Below, piece after piece: positions 18,100 to 27,389 of a DNA stretch of 53,479 nucleotides (position 1 is the stretch's first letter; every line of letters begins with the position of its first letter). A model generated the notes under the pieces. The model did no database searches. It worked only from the letters and a program-made list of their open reading frames with translations, and was not told the origin of the DNA. Source of the stretch: an uncultured Clostridia bacterium (GTDB lineage: Bacteria; Bacillota; Clostridia; TANB77; CAG-508); contig CAKPGS010000002.1 in NCBI GenBank assembly GCA_934155165.1, positions 1 to 53,479 on the forward strand, written 5' to 3'. The translations under genes and the position numbers were made by a program.

Positions 18100-21000
18100 T
18101 TATTTATTTTTATATGGTGGATTTATTTTCGAATGACCATAACAACCTGAAGCTAGCCATACTTCTCCTGTTCTTGGATCTATGCTTATGCAAGATACTT
18201 CATATCCACCTTTATTATTTGCCCATTCCTCAAAGTTTGGGTTATTGGCTGTTGTTAGCACTCTCCAATTTTCTCCTCCATCTACACTTCTAACTAAACC
18301 TGCAGATGTTGAGAAATAGTCTCCAGCTTCACCTACATACACTACTGAAGTAGACTTTGGATCAACATCTATTGTTCTTATTCGTGTAAATCCTCTTTCG
18401 CCATCCCTTGGAACTTCTATTCTTTTACATTCACCTGTATTTATATTATACTTATATACTCTTTCTATTCCGCCCCAATCGTATGTTTCTCTAACAACCG
18501 CATATATATAGTTATTTACATGGTCATATGCTAAATCGTATATTTTTTCTGATAATGAATTATTACTAAATTTATTTTTGGTAATTATCTCCCAAGTATC
18601 ACCATTATCGTAAGATACAACTATTTGACCTTCTTTATTTGTTCCATATAATTCTTTTTTTCCTGTATAATTATATGCATATATTCCAACACAACCATTC
18701 ATTTCTTTCCATGTGTAGCCTTTATCTTTAGAATAATATTCTTGTGCAAATAATATATTTGGATCTGTTAGAGATTGTAATGATGAATAATATGTAGAAG
18801 ATTCTTCATACTTTGCTTTTAGTCCTGTATCTGTCCATGTTTTTCCTCCATCGTGTGAATATGTTAAAGTTCCTCCACCCCAAGATTCATTTGCAAAGCC
18901 ATAAATTGTATTTTCATCTGCAGCAAATCCTCCATAAAAATTACCTTTATTCATCACTAAGCCTGTCCATGTTTTACCTCCATCTTTTGATATTACACCT
19001 GTATAATCTTGTGCAGATAATAATATTAAATCTGGATTATAATAGTTAAAATTAAACTTTCCACCTTGCATCATATTGGATATTCCACTAGCTTGTACAA
19101 AATTTTTGCCACCATCACTACTTCTAAATACATTATCTCCACCTAAAGTAATTACGTTTAAATCATCACTTGGATCAATTATAAATGCTTTTTCTCTTGA
19201 AGCAAAATTTACATTGTGATAAAAAGTTGTTTCTAAGTTTGCTTTAGAGATTTGCCAAGTTTTTCCTCCATCAAAACTAACATTTATTAATGTTGTAAAA
19301 TAATTGTCTACACTTCCTCTAAATTCATACACCATATGATTAGGATTTTTCTTTGATACAGTCAATAATTGTGGCCATCTTGTATCGTAATTTTCATTTG
19401 TTATTTTTGTAATTGTATCATCATCTTTTATTGTATAAATACCATCCCAAGTTTGAACATAAATTACATTTCCTACAACGTCTAACCCTGTTACACCTTT
19501 TGTAGAAGCTTCGTTAGATATTGTTGGATCATTTTTAAATTCTGTATACTCTTTTTCAATTTTATTTGTTTGTGTATTTATTAAAAATAGTCCATATTGG
19601 TTTCCTAAGTATAATTTTCCATTATCTGTAAACCTTGTTATTCCATCTGCTACTATTGGATCATTTATTATTAAGGAAAATGTTTCTCCACCATCTTCTG
19701 ATTTATATAGACCAACTTCGTTTTCTTTCAAACTTGTTAAAAGCCTATAATCTGAAGGTTTTGTTCTTATTTGTGTATCTCTTTTATATGGTGTAGAAAA
19801 ATATAAGTCTGTTGAATAATTTTTATTAGAATCATAACTTGTTGGGTCAAACTCTAATCCATCCCATAAATATCTATATCCTCTAATACCAATTTTTAAA
19901 GTTTTATTCCATGTTTCTGCTTTATCGTAACTTATATGTATTCCACCAACATTCGAATATTGGCTTAGACCTAAAGTTGCAACATGATTTGTATTATGTG
20001 GGTCTATTGCAAACATTCCTGCACCTGGTGATGTTAAACCTGAATTTGCTCTTGTCCATGTTTTTCCATGATCTGTAGATTTAAATAATCCTGCCACATC
20101 TATTCCATATAACATTAAACTTCCATCGCTTGAGCTTTCAAGTGAAACTGGCCATTGGCTTCCAGCACCAGTTATTCCATATTGTTTCATTTTTTCGTTT
20201 GCCATTAATATTGGTTCATATGTAACTTTGCTATCTTCTGGTGTTATTTGTTCAAAATTATATTTATTATTTGTATTATCTCCAATTTGATTATTATTTA
20301 TTTTTTTTACCAAGTAATGTAAATCTACTAAGTTAATTTTATTATCTTCATATATATCTGAATTTGTTTTTTGTTCATCTGCGAAATTTTCTAAACCAAT
20401 TAAATATTTTTCTAATAATTGTATATCTTCGTTATTAATTTTTCCATCGAAATTAATATCACCTTTTTGAGTATTTGAACTAGTTTGAGTCGCATTAACA
20501 TATATATTGTTTGTAAGAGAAAATACAATTAATAAAACTATAAATTTCTTATTTATTTTTTTATATCTCACAAATATACAAATTGTATATAGTAAGGCAA
20601 TTGCAATAATAAAAATAGATATACTTTTCTTGTCTCCCGCCTGTGGTAATTTTTTGTTTGCAAGATTATCGTTTTGTTGTTCATCTTCACTTTCATTATT
20701 ATTTACATCGTTGATTTTATTTTTGTCTGAATCAGAATTTTTTATATTAATATCTATTCCTTTTTCACTTAAAGTTTCTATTTCTTCATTATTTGTTTCA
20801 TTAACAGTTTTTAGGTTTTTAACATATATTTTTGTACTTGAATTTTTAGCATTATTTTTACATTTTAATTTCACTTTTAAAATTTCTTCATTACCTATAC
20901 TGCAATTTTTTGTAATTATAAATTTATTGTTACTTGAATTATATTGTAAATTTTCCCATGAATTCAAACTAGAAAAATTATTACTGGTTATTTCTTCAAA

Positions 21001-21204
21001 AATATCTTTATCGTACTGAATTTCTCCGCTATATGTATACAATTCATTATCTGTATTTAATAATTTTATCGAAATTTCTATTTCATCTTCATTTTGTAAT
21101 GCTGTTTTATTAGTCAAAATCTCAACCTTTTGATTATCCGCATAAGATACTAAATTTAAACACATAATTGCAATAACATTTATTAAAAAAATTACTTTTT
21201 TCAT
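18100..21204 (-). CDS. Composite surface protein: signal peptide, cohesin-like domain, LPQAG sorting signal, second signal-peptide-like segment, dockerin, BNR/Asp-box beta-propeller
   Basis: Cohesin-like (IQYDKDIFEEI) at about aa 25-135. LPQAG plus TM plus RYKK at aa 186-216. KKFIVLLIVFSLTNNIYVNA at aa 219-238. Dockerin repeats GDINFDGKINNEDI and DIYEDNKINLVDL. At least 10 Asp-box motifs (S.DGG.TW). Confidence 0.75.
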   Translation of the reverse strand: MKKVIFLINVIAIMCLNLVSYADNQKVEILTNKTALQNEDEIEISIKLLNTDNELYTYSGEIQYDKDIFEEITSNNFSSLNSWENLQYNSSNNKFIITKNCSIGNEEILKVKLKCKNNAKNSSTKIYVKNLKTVNETNNEEIETLSEKGIDINIKNSDSDKNKINDVNNNESEDEQQNDNLANKKLPQAGDKKSISIFIIAIALLYTICIFVRYKKINKKFIVLLIVFSLTNNIYVNATQTSSNTQKGDINFDGKINNEDIQLLEKYLIGLENFADEQKTNSDIYEDNKINLVDLHYLVKKINNNQIGDNTNNKYNFEQITPEDSKVTYEPILMANEKMKQYGITGAGSQWPVSLESSSDGSLMLYGIDVAGLFKSTDHGKTWTRANSGLTSPGAGMFAIDPHNTNHVATLGLSQYSNVGGIHISYDKAETWNKTLKIGIRGYRYLWDGLEFDPTSYDSNKNYSTDLYFSTPYKRDTQIRTKPSDYRLLTSLKENEVGLYKSEDGGETFSLIINDPIVADGITRFTDNGKLYLGNQYGLFLINTQTNKIEKEYTEFKNDPTISNEASTKGVTGLDVVGNVIYVQTWDGIYTIKDDDTITKITNENYDTRWPQLLTVSKKNPNHMVYEFRGSVDNYFTTLINVSFDGGKTWQISKANLETTFYHNVNFASREKAFIIDPSDDLNVITLGGDNVFRSSDGGKNFVQASGISNMMQGGKFNFNYYNPDLILLSAQDYTGVISKDGGKTWTGLVMNKGNFYGGFAADENTIYGFANESWGGGTLTYSHDGGKTWTDTGLKAKYEESSTYYSSLQSLTDPNILFAQEYYSKDKGYTWKEMNGCVGIYAYNYTGKKELYGTNKEGQIVVSYDNGDTWEIITKNKFSNNSLSEKIYDLAYDHVNNYIYAVVRETYDWGGIERVYKYNINTGECKRIEVPRDGERGFTRIRTIDVDPKSTSVVYVGEAGDYFSTSAGLVRSVDGGENWRVLTTANNPNFEEWANNKGGYEVSCISIDPRTGEVWLASGCYGHSKINPPYKNK

Positions 21205-21339
21205 GCATTCACCGCTTTTTTTATTATTTCTAACTCATAATACCATATTTTGCTTTAAAATACAATTAGATTTAATATTAATTTATAGTTTTATTTATTT
21301 TTACTCAATATTAAGATAAAAAAATCGATTTCACATACC

Positions 21340-21364
21340 GGGTCGCCGGAACGCCGACCCCTAC
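21340..21364 (-). repeat. REP-like GC-rich stem-loop with GTAG flank
   Basis: Plus strand GGGTCGcCGgaaCGcCGACCC followed by CTACAGCATTTGA. Same family as the copies at 46-52 kb. Confidence 0.7.
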
Positions 21365-21423
21365 AGCATTTGACAGTAATATTTATATCAAAAATAAAGA
21401 TTTCCTATAACATAAAAATTTAT

Positions 21424-21440
21424 GGCGGTCAAAGACCGCC
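21424..21440 (-). terminator. Intrinsic terminator after lysS
   Basis: GGCGGTC-ttt-GACCGCC followed by a T-rich tract on the minus strand. Confidence 0.65.
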
Positions 21441-21469
21441 ATTACATGTAGTTATATATTAACATTATT

Positions 21470-22963
21470 TTAATTTAATGGTTTCATTGTTGGGAATAAT
21501 AATACATCTCTTATTGATGCAGAATTTGTTAATAACATTATTAATCTATCTATTCCGATTCCAAGTCCACCTGTTGGAGGCATTCCATATTCAAGTGCAG
21601 TTATAAAGTCTTCATCCATCATGTTTGCTTCTTCGTCTCCTGCATCTCTTGCCTCTGCTTGTTTTTTAAATCTTTCATATTGGTCTATTGGATCATTTAA
21701 TTCTGAATATGCATTTCCATATTCTCTACCACCAATAAATACTTCAAATCTTTCTGTTAATCTCTTATCACTTGGTTTTCTCTTTGTTAATGGTGATACT
21801 TCTACTGGATAATCATATATAAATGTTGGTTGAGTTAGCGTTTCTTCTACAAATTCTTCAAAGAATGTATTTATTATATCTCCTCTTGTTTTCTTAATAG
21901 GATCTATTTCTACTTTCTTTTCTTCTGCTATTTTAACTGCTTGTTCGTCTGTTTCTATTGCATTAAAATCTATTCCTGTAACTTCTTTTATTGCATCTAT
22001 CATTGTAATTCTTTTCCATGGTGATTCTAAGTCTATATCTACTCCTTGATAGTTTATTTTAGCTGTTCCTAATACGTTTTGAGCTACTGTTCTAAACATA
22101 TCTTCTGTTATATCCATCATGTCATTGTAATCTTCATAGGCTGAATATAATTCTATGTTTGTAAATTCTGGGTTGTGTTTTATATCCATTCCCTCATTTC
22201 TAAACATTCTTCCCATTTCGTATACTTTGTCAAATCCACCTACTATTAATCTTTTTAGATATAGTTCGTTTGCAATTCTTAAATACATATCTATATCTAA
22301 TGTATTGTGATGTGTTATAAATGGTCTTGCTGCTGCTCCACCTGCTATTGTATTTAATATTGGTGTATCTACTTCTAGGTATCCTTTACTATCTAAGTAT
22401 GCTTTTACTTCTTTGATTATTTTACTTCTTAATATAAATGTTTCTTTTACTTCTGGATTTACTATTAAGTCAACATATCTTTGTCTATATCTTAAGTCAA
22501 CATCTTTTAATCCATGGAATTTTTCTGGTAATGGTCTTAAAGATTTTGAAAGTAGTGTTACTTCTTTTGCATGAACAGAAATTTCTTCTGTTCTTGTTTT
22601 AAATACAAAACCTGTTATTCCAATTATATCTCCTATATCATATGTTTTAAATAGTTTATAACTTTCTTCTCCTAAATCGTTTATACTTACATAACTTTGT
22701 ATTTTTTCATCGCAATCTTGAATTGTACAGAAAGATGCTTTTCCCATTATTCTTTTTGCTATAATTCTACCTGCAACAGTTACATCTTTTTGTTCAAATT
22801 TTTCATAATTAGCTTTTACTTCTCCTGCTGTGTTTGTTCTATTAAATTTTGTAACTTCAAATGGGTCTTTTCCAGCCTCTTGTAATTCCTTTAATTTATC
22901 TCTTCTTATTTGCATTAAATGATTCATATCTAATTCTTGTTCTTGATTATTATTTTCTTGCAT
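21470..22963 (-). CDS. lysS: Lysine--tRNA ligase (class II)
   Basis: OB-fold N-domain, class II motifs ([15 protein letters not shown]), 497 aa. Confidence 0.95.
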   Translation of the reverse strand: MQENNNQEQELDMNHLMQIRRDKLKELQEAGKDPFEVTKFNRTNTAGEVKANYEKFEQKDVTVAGRIIAKRIMGKASFCTIQDCDEKIQSYVSINDLGEESYKLFKTYDIGDIIGITGFVFKTRTEEISVHAKEVTLLSKSLRPLPEKFHGLKDVDLRYRQRYVDLIVNPEVKETFILRSKIIKEVKAYLDSKGYLEVDTPILNTIAGGAAARPFITHHNTLDIDMYLRIANELYLKRLIVGGFDKVYEMGRMFRNEGMDIKHNPEFTNIELYSAYEDYNDMMDITEDMFRTVAQNVLGTAKINYQGVDIDLESPWKRITMIDAIKEVTGIDFNAIETDEQAVKIAEEKKVEIDPIKKTRGDIINTFFEEFVEETLTQPTFIYDYPVEVSPLTKRKPSDKRLTERFEVFIGGREYGNAYSELNDPIDQYERFKKQAEARDAGDEEANMMDEDFITALEYGMPPTGGLGIGIDRLIMLLTNSASIRDVLLFPTMKPLN

Positions 22964-22998
22964 TTTAACGTCTCCTTACTTTATAAAATTTCCATCCT

Positions 22999-23027
22999 AT
23001 TATACCCTAAAAAGGTATTATTGTAAA
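22999..23027 (-). promoter_or_regulatory. Sigma-A-like promoter for lysS
   Basis: Minus strand TTTACA, 17-nt spacer, TATAAT. Confidence 0.5.
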
Positions 23028-23046
23028 CAAAAATATGCAAAAAACA

Positions 23047-23082
23047 AAAAGTTCTGGCTATTAAACCAGAACTTTTCCCCCG
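23047..23082 (-). terminator. Intrinsic terminator after the 129-aa gene
   Basis: aaagttctgg / ccagaacttt stem followed by TTTTTGTTTTTT on the minus strand. Confidence 0.7.
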
Positions 23083-23093
23083 CTGTTTTTTAT

Positions 23094-23483
23094 TTAAGAA
23101 AGATAATTTTCAATAATCTTTCTTATAGTTATAAACTTAAGTTCATTTCCTTCATCCTTTGTCAATTTCTTCATATCTAATATATCAGAAATTCTCATAG
23201 GCAAATCATAGTGGTGCTCCAAGCGCATGGAGTTATCATCATCCCAACGATAATAAAGTTTAACCACAAATGCAGCCATAGCTCTTAATTCCATATCAAC
23301 CTGTGGGCTTCTTTTTTCCACTCTTACTCCTTTTTCATTTTCATAAAAAAGAAGCACATGTTTAGAGCCCTCTAACTTTATGCCCTCATACCATGCTTTA
23401 GCTTCATTAAGAATAAATCTAGGCTCCACATAAACCTTTTTTTCAACAAGATTATATAATCCTGTTATTTTCACTTTAACCAT
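23094..23483 (-). CDS. Hypothetical protein (129 aa), compositionally atypical
   Basis: ORF with RBS aaggaggt. Visibly more G+C than the neighbouring genes. Confidence 0.55.
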   Translation of the reverse strand: MVKVKITGLYNLVEKKVYVEPRFILNEAKAWYEGIKLEGSKHVLLFYENEKGVRVEKRSPQVDMELRAMAAFVVKLYYRWDDDNSMRLEHHYDLPMRISDILDMKKLTKDEGNELKFITIRKIIENYLS

Positions 23484-23612
23484 ATTGCTACCTCCTTGTT
23501 GCTATTGTGCGGGGTTTTTAATGTGTTACTTTGTTATTATATAACTTTTTATGTAAATTTACAAGTATTTTCTTATTTTTTATTAAAATTTTGTTACAGT
23601 TTAGAAAAAAAT

Positions 23613-23640
23613 GTAGTGGGCGCCGCCTACCCTTACATAC
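23613..23640 (-). repeat. Degenerate REP-like element
   Basis: gtagtgggcgccgcctacccttacatac followed by agaatttcctataatac, which parallels agatttcctataacat after the 21340 copy. Confidence 0.4.
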
Positions 23641-23661
23641 AAAACAAGAATTTCCTATAAT

Positions 23662-23697
23662 ACAAAAAAGCAGGGAAAAAATTTCTTTCCCTGCCAC
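23662..23697 (-). terminator. Intrinsic terminator after the cell wall hydrolase gene
   Basis: GGCAGGGAAAG / TTTTCCCTGC stem followed by TTTTTT on the minus strand. Confidence 0.7.
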
Positions 23698-23701
23698 TTA
23701 G

Positions 23702-24385
23702 CTACTTATAGCAAAAGTATTCTGTTCCAATTTTCATATAGAGACCTGACCCTTGCAAAAATTGTGCTTGAAAAACTACATTATCTGGCACATCAATAAT
23801 AGTATTGCCTGATAACACAGCTTTTGCATTTTTCCAAACCTTTTTTGATGGTTCTTTATAATAGCCACTATTTTTTTTATCAGTACAAGCGTACTGATGG
23901 TTTTGGAATATAACACCTCTTATTGTATTAGGATAATCTTTATCTTTTATCCTATTTAAAACAACCCGACCAACAGCTTGCTGACATGCATCATTTTGAT
24001 CACTTGCTTCTCCATTAATAAGATGTGCCATAAGATTTAAAGCAATTTTTCGTTTACGTGCTTTTTTTCTTGCAATTTTTTCAAGTTCAACTGCTCTATC
24101 TCCTTTTGCCGTTTCTTTACCAGTTATCATTCTACTCATGGTTGATTGATGTTCTGATAAAGCACTCTCCTGACTTTCCGTTTTTGTTTGATCTGCATCC
24201 TGTTGTACTATTTCGTATGAATCTTCTGCACTAATTACATCATCAGGCAGTTTAGATTCTACCGAACTAATACACGCAGCTGTCGTTACTATAGCCATTG
24301 ATAGGAAACCTGCTATAAAAATTGAGATAACCTTAACTACAATAAACAATGCCTGCTTTGCCGATCGCACTTTTTCTTCAGTCAT
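23702..24385 (-). CDS. Cell wall hydrolase (SleB/CwlJ Hydrolase_2 family) with N-terminal TM anchor
   Basis: C-terminal NGEAS......Q.AVG.VVLNR......YPNTIRGVIFQ..QY. motif. Start at 24385 after TAGGAGG. Confidence 0.75.
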   Translation of the reverse strand: MTEEKVRSAKQALFIVVKVISIFIAGFLSMAIVTTAACISSVESKLPDDVISAEDSYEIVQQDADQTKTESQESALSEHQSTMSRMITGKETAKGDRAVELEKIARKKARKRKIALNLMAHLINGEASDQNDACQQAVGRVVLNRIKDKDYPNTIRGVIFQNHQYACTDKKNSGYYKEPSKKVWKNAKAVLSGNTIIDVPDNVVFQAQFLQGSGLYMKIGTEYFCYK

Positions 24386-24524
24386 AAAACCTCCTAACGT
24401 GAGCACTTTTTAATTTACAAAAAGTGCCAATTAATTTGCTACAATCTTTATTATATCACTTTTTCTTGCAAAAATCTACAATTACGTAAATTTTATTAAA
24501 ATTTTATTAGTTTCTTTCGACATT

Positions 24525-26150
24525 TTATGCTATTTTTTTATTTTCTCCTCTTAAAATTTTTGCATGTTCAATTGTTTCTTTTGTTACTTTTCCGCTTGCA
24601 ATTCTTGCAACTTCTTTTAAAGTTTGTTCTTCATTTAATAATTCTACTTTTGTTTTCGTTTTATTTTCTTCTACTTCCTTATGAATGTAATAATTATAAT
24701 CTCCTTTTGCAGCAATATTTGCTAAATGTGTTACAATTAAAACCTGGTGTTTATTTGATATTATTTTTAATTTTTCTCCTACTTTATCTGCTGCTAATCC
24801 ACTTATTCCTGTATCTATTTCATCAAATACTAATGTTTCTGTTTTATCTACATCCGCTAATACTGTTTTTATTGCAAGCATTATTCTAGAATTTTCTCCT
24901 CCTGATGCTACTTTTGCTAAACTTTTCATATCTTCACCAATGTTTGTTCTTATATTGAATTCCACACTATTTAAGCCATTTTTATTAAATTCATTTTCTG
25001 TATATTTAACTTCAACTTTGAACTCGGAATTTGCCATTTCTAAATCTTTTAATTCTTTGTTTATTCCATTTGATAACTTTATTGCGTTTTTACTTCTTAT
25101 TATATTTAGTTTTTGGGCAATTTCTTTCATTTTCATTTCTAATTCTTGTTTTTGTGTATTTAGTTTATTTATATAATCTTCTAAACCTTCTATTTGTTGA
25201 ATTTCTTTTTCTAATTCATTTTTATATGCTAAAATTTCTTGGATATTATTTCCATATTTTCTTTTTAATGTATATATTAAATCTAATCTTTCTGCTATTT
25301 CTATTTTTTTGTTCTCATCAAAATATACATCATTATTACTATCTTGTAAGTCTCTATTTATTTCTTGTAAATCGTAGTATACACTTTTTAGTGCTTTTGA
25401 TATATTTTCATATTCTTTACTATATTCTTCTATTTTTTCCATATTTCTAACAGCTGTGCTTATTGATTCTATTGCTGAATTTTCTATTAATTCGTTTGCT
25501 TTATATAAATTGTTATATATTTTTTCTGAATTGTTTATAAGTCTATTTTCGTTTTCTAATTCTTCTTCTTCTCCTAATTTTAGGTTTGCTTCTTCTATTT
25601 CATTTACTTGATATCTTAATAAATCTAATTTTCTCTGTTTTTCTTTTTCATCTCCATAGTTAGAATTTAATTCATTTTTTACATATAAATATTTTTCATA
25701 TAAACTTCTATAGTTATTTTTTAGTTCATGTATTTCTTCATCTGCAAAACTATCTAAATATTCTATTTGATTGTTTGTATCTAATAAATTCAAATTATCA
25801 TTTTGGCCATGGATATCTATTTTTTTACTCATAAATTCTTTAAGTTCTGCTACTGTAACTAATCTTCCATTTATTTTACATATATTTCTTCCTTTTAAAT
25901 TTATTTCTCTTGAAACTATAATATTTTCTTCAGAGTTTTCATTAAAGATTTGTGCTTCTACAAAAGAATATTCTTCTCCCTTTCTTATCATTTCTTTTGA
26001 GAATCTACCGCCCGAAATTATATTTAAAGAGTCTATTATTAATGTTTTACCTGCTCCTGTTTCTCCTGTTAAAACATTAAATCCACTATTTAAATTTATT
26101 GTTAATTCATCTATAATTCCTATATTTTTTATATGTAAAATATTTATCAT
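24525..26150 (-). CDS. recN: DNA repair protein RecN
   Basis: N-terminal Walker A LTGETGAGKT, long coiled coil, C-terminal ASGGE signature and LVFDEIDTGISG. Confidence 0.9.
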   Translation of the reverse strand: MINILHIKNIGIIDELTINLNSGFNVLTGETGAGKTLIIDSLNIISGGRFSKEMIRKGEEYSFVEAQIFNENSEENIIVSREINLKGRNICKINGRLVTVAELKEFMSKKIDIHGQNDNLNLLDTNNQIEYLDSFADEEIHELKNNYRSLYEKYLYVKNELNSNYGDEKEKQRKLDLLRYQVNEIEEANLKLGEEEELENENRLINNSEKIYNNLYKANELIENSAIESISTAVRNMEKIEEYSKEYENISKALKSVYYDLQEINRDLQDSNNDVYFDENKKIEIAERLDLIYTLKRKYGNNIQEILAYKNELEKEIQQIEGLEDYINKLNTQKQELEMKMKEIAQKLNIIRSKNAIKLSNGINKELKDLEMANSEFKVEVKYTENEFNKNGLNSVEFNIRTNIGEDMKSLAKVASGGENSRIMLAIKTVLADVDKTETLVFDEIDTGISGLAADKVGEKLKIISNKHQVLIVTHLANIAAKGDYNYYIHKEVEENKTKTKVELLNEEQTLKEVARIASGKVTKETIEHAKILRGENKKIA

Positions 26151-26163
26151 TTCTGTGAGCCCC

Positions 26164-26976
26164 CTATTTTAATTTTTTGAATGCTTCTTCAGTAATTTTG
26201 TTTATTTTATTTTTTAGTTCAAAACTGTCTAATAAATTATTTTCATTTTTTTCTATGTATAATAAGTATTCTATATTTCCTGCTGGTCCTTTAATTGGCG
26301 AATAGTCTAAATTTAATATCTCAAAACCTATTTTATTTATTTGCTCTATTATGCTTTCGAGAATTTTTTTATGTATTTTTATATCTTTTACTACTCCATT
26401 TTTATTTAGGTTTTGTTTTCCAACTTCGAATTGAGGTTTTATTAAAATAACAGCATTTCCTTTTATTTTTAATAATTCATAAATTTTGGGTATTACCTGC
26501 ACTATTGATATAAATGATACATCTGTTGATATAAAGTCTATTGTATTAAAATCTTTTACATCTATGTCTTTTATGTTTGTTCCTTCTAAATTAATAACTT
26601 TTTCATTATTTATTAATTTTTCATCTAATTGGTCATGACCTACATCTACACTATAAACTTTTTTTGCTCCATTTTGTAACATAACATCTGTAAATCCTCC
26701 TGTTGATGCTCCTATATCTATACATATTTTATTATTTAAATTAATTTCAAAAACATTTACAGCTTTTTCTAATTTTAATCCTCCACGACTTACATATTTT
26801 AGAGTTTCTCCTCTTACTTCTATGTTATCTTCTTCTGAAATTAATTTACTTGATTTTGTTATTTGTATATTATTAACATATATATTTCCGCTATCTATTG
26901 CATATTTTGCTTTTGCTCTACTTTTAAAATAGCCTTTTGTTACAAGTATTGAATCTAATCTTTCTTTAATTTCCAT
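26164..26976 (-). CDS. tlyA: TlyA-family rRNA (cytidine-2'-O)-methyltransferase
   Basis: S4 RNA-binding N-domain, YVSRGG.KLE.A, SAM motif DIGASTGGFTD. Confidence 0.9.
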   Translation of the reverse strand: MEIKERLDSILVTKGYFKSRAKAKYAIDSGNIYVNNIQITKSSKLISEEDNIEVRGETLKYVSRGGLKLEKAVNVFEINLNNKICIDIGASTGGFTDVMLQNGAKKVYSVDVGHDQLDEKLINNEKVINLEGTNIKDIDVKDFNTIDFISTDVSFISIVQVIPKIYELLKIKGNAVILIKPQFEVGKQNLNKNGVVKDIKIHKKILESIIEQINKIGFEILNLDYSPIKGPAGNIEYLLYIEKNENNLLDSFELKNKINKITEEAFKKLK

Positions 26977-27120
26977 ATTTTCTCCTTTTGCGAATTTGTG
27001 TTTGTATATGTATTATATACTTTAATTTTAATTTGTCAACAGTTTTATGAAAATTTGTTCTATTTTTTTGTTTTTTATTGACTAATTCATATTTTTTATG
27101 TTATAGTATTAGTTGTTAAT

Positions 27121-27195
27121 GGCCCGTTGGTCAAGCGGTTAAGACGCAGCCCTCTCAAGGCTGAATCATGGGTTCGATTCCCGTACGGGTCACCA
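27121..27195 (+). tRNA. tRNA-Glu (anticodon CTC)
   Basis: GGCCCGTTGGTCAAGCGGTTAAGAC..., anticodon loop CTCTCAA, T-arm ATGGG-TTCGATT-CCCGT, 3' CCA. Confidence 0.9.
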
Positions 27196-27212
27196 AAATT
27201 ACTTACGAATCT

Positions 27213-27236
27213 ACAATTTATAGTAGATTCTTTTTT
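27213..27236 (+). terminator. Intrinsic terminator after tRNA-Glu
   Basis: gaatctac / gtagattc stem followed by TTTTTT. Confidence 0.7.
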
Positions 27237-27326
27237 GTGCTAAATTTTATGGAATCGAAAAGGACGTGCCTGAATGTAATGAGGGCAAAAACAGTCCAGT
27301 GGACTGTTTTTAGGACGCGGCTCGCC

Positions 27327-27349
27327 GATTCCCGTACGGGTCACCAAAA
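27327..27349 (+). repeat. 23-bp perfect duplicate of the tRNA-Glu 3' end (att-like)
   Basis: gattcccgtacgggtcaccaaaa is identical at 27176-27198 and 27327-27349. Confidence 0.85.
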
Positions 27350-27389
27350 AAATAAAAAGTCGATATTAAATCGACTTTTTATTTTTTTA

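Noticed and set aside
22964-23040. T-box or other riboswitch leader upstream of lysS.
   Set aside because: The leader is only about 35-70 nt between the predicted promoter and the start codon, which is too short for a T-box, and it has no specifier or terminator structures.
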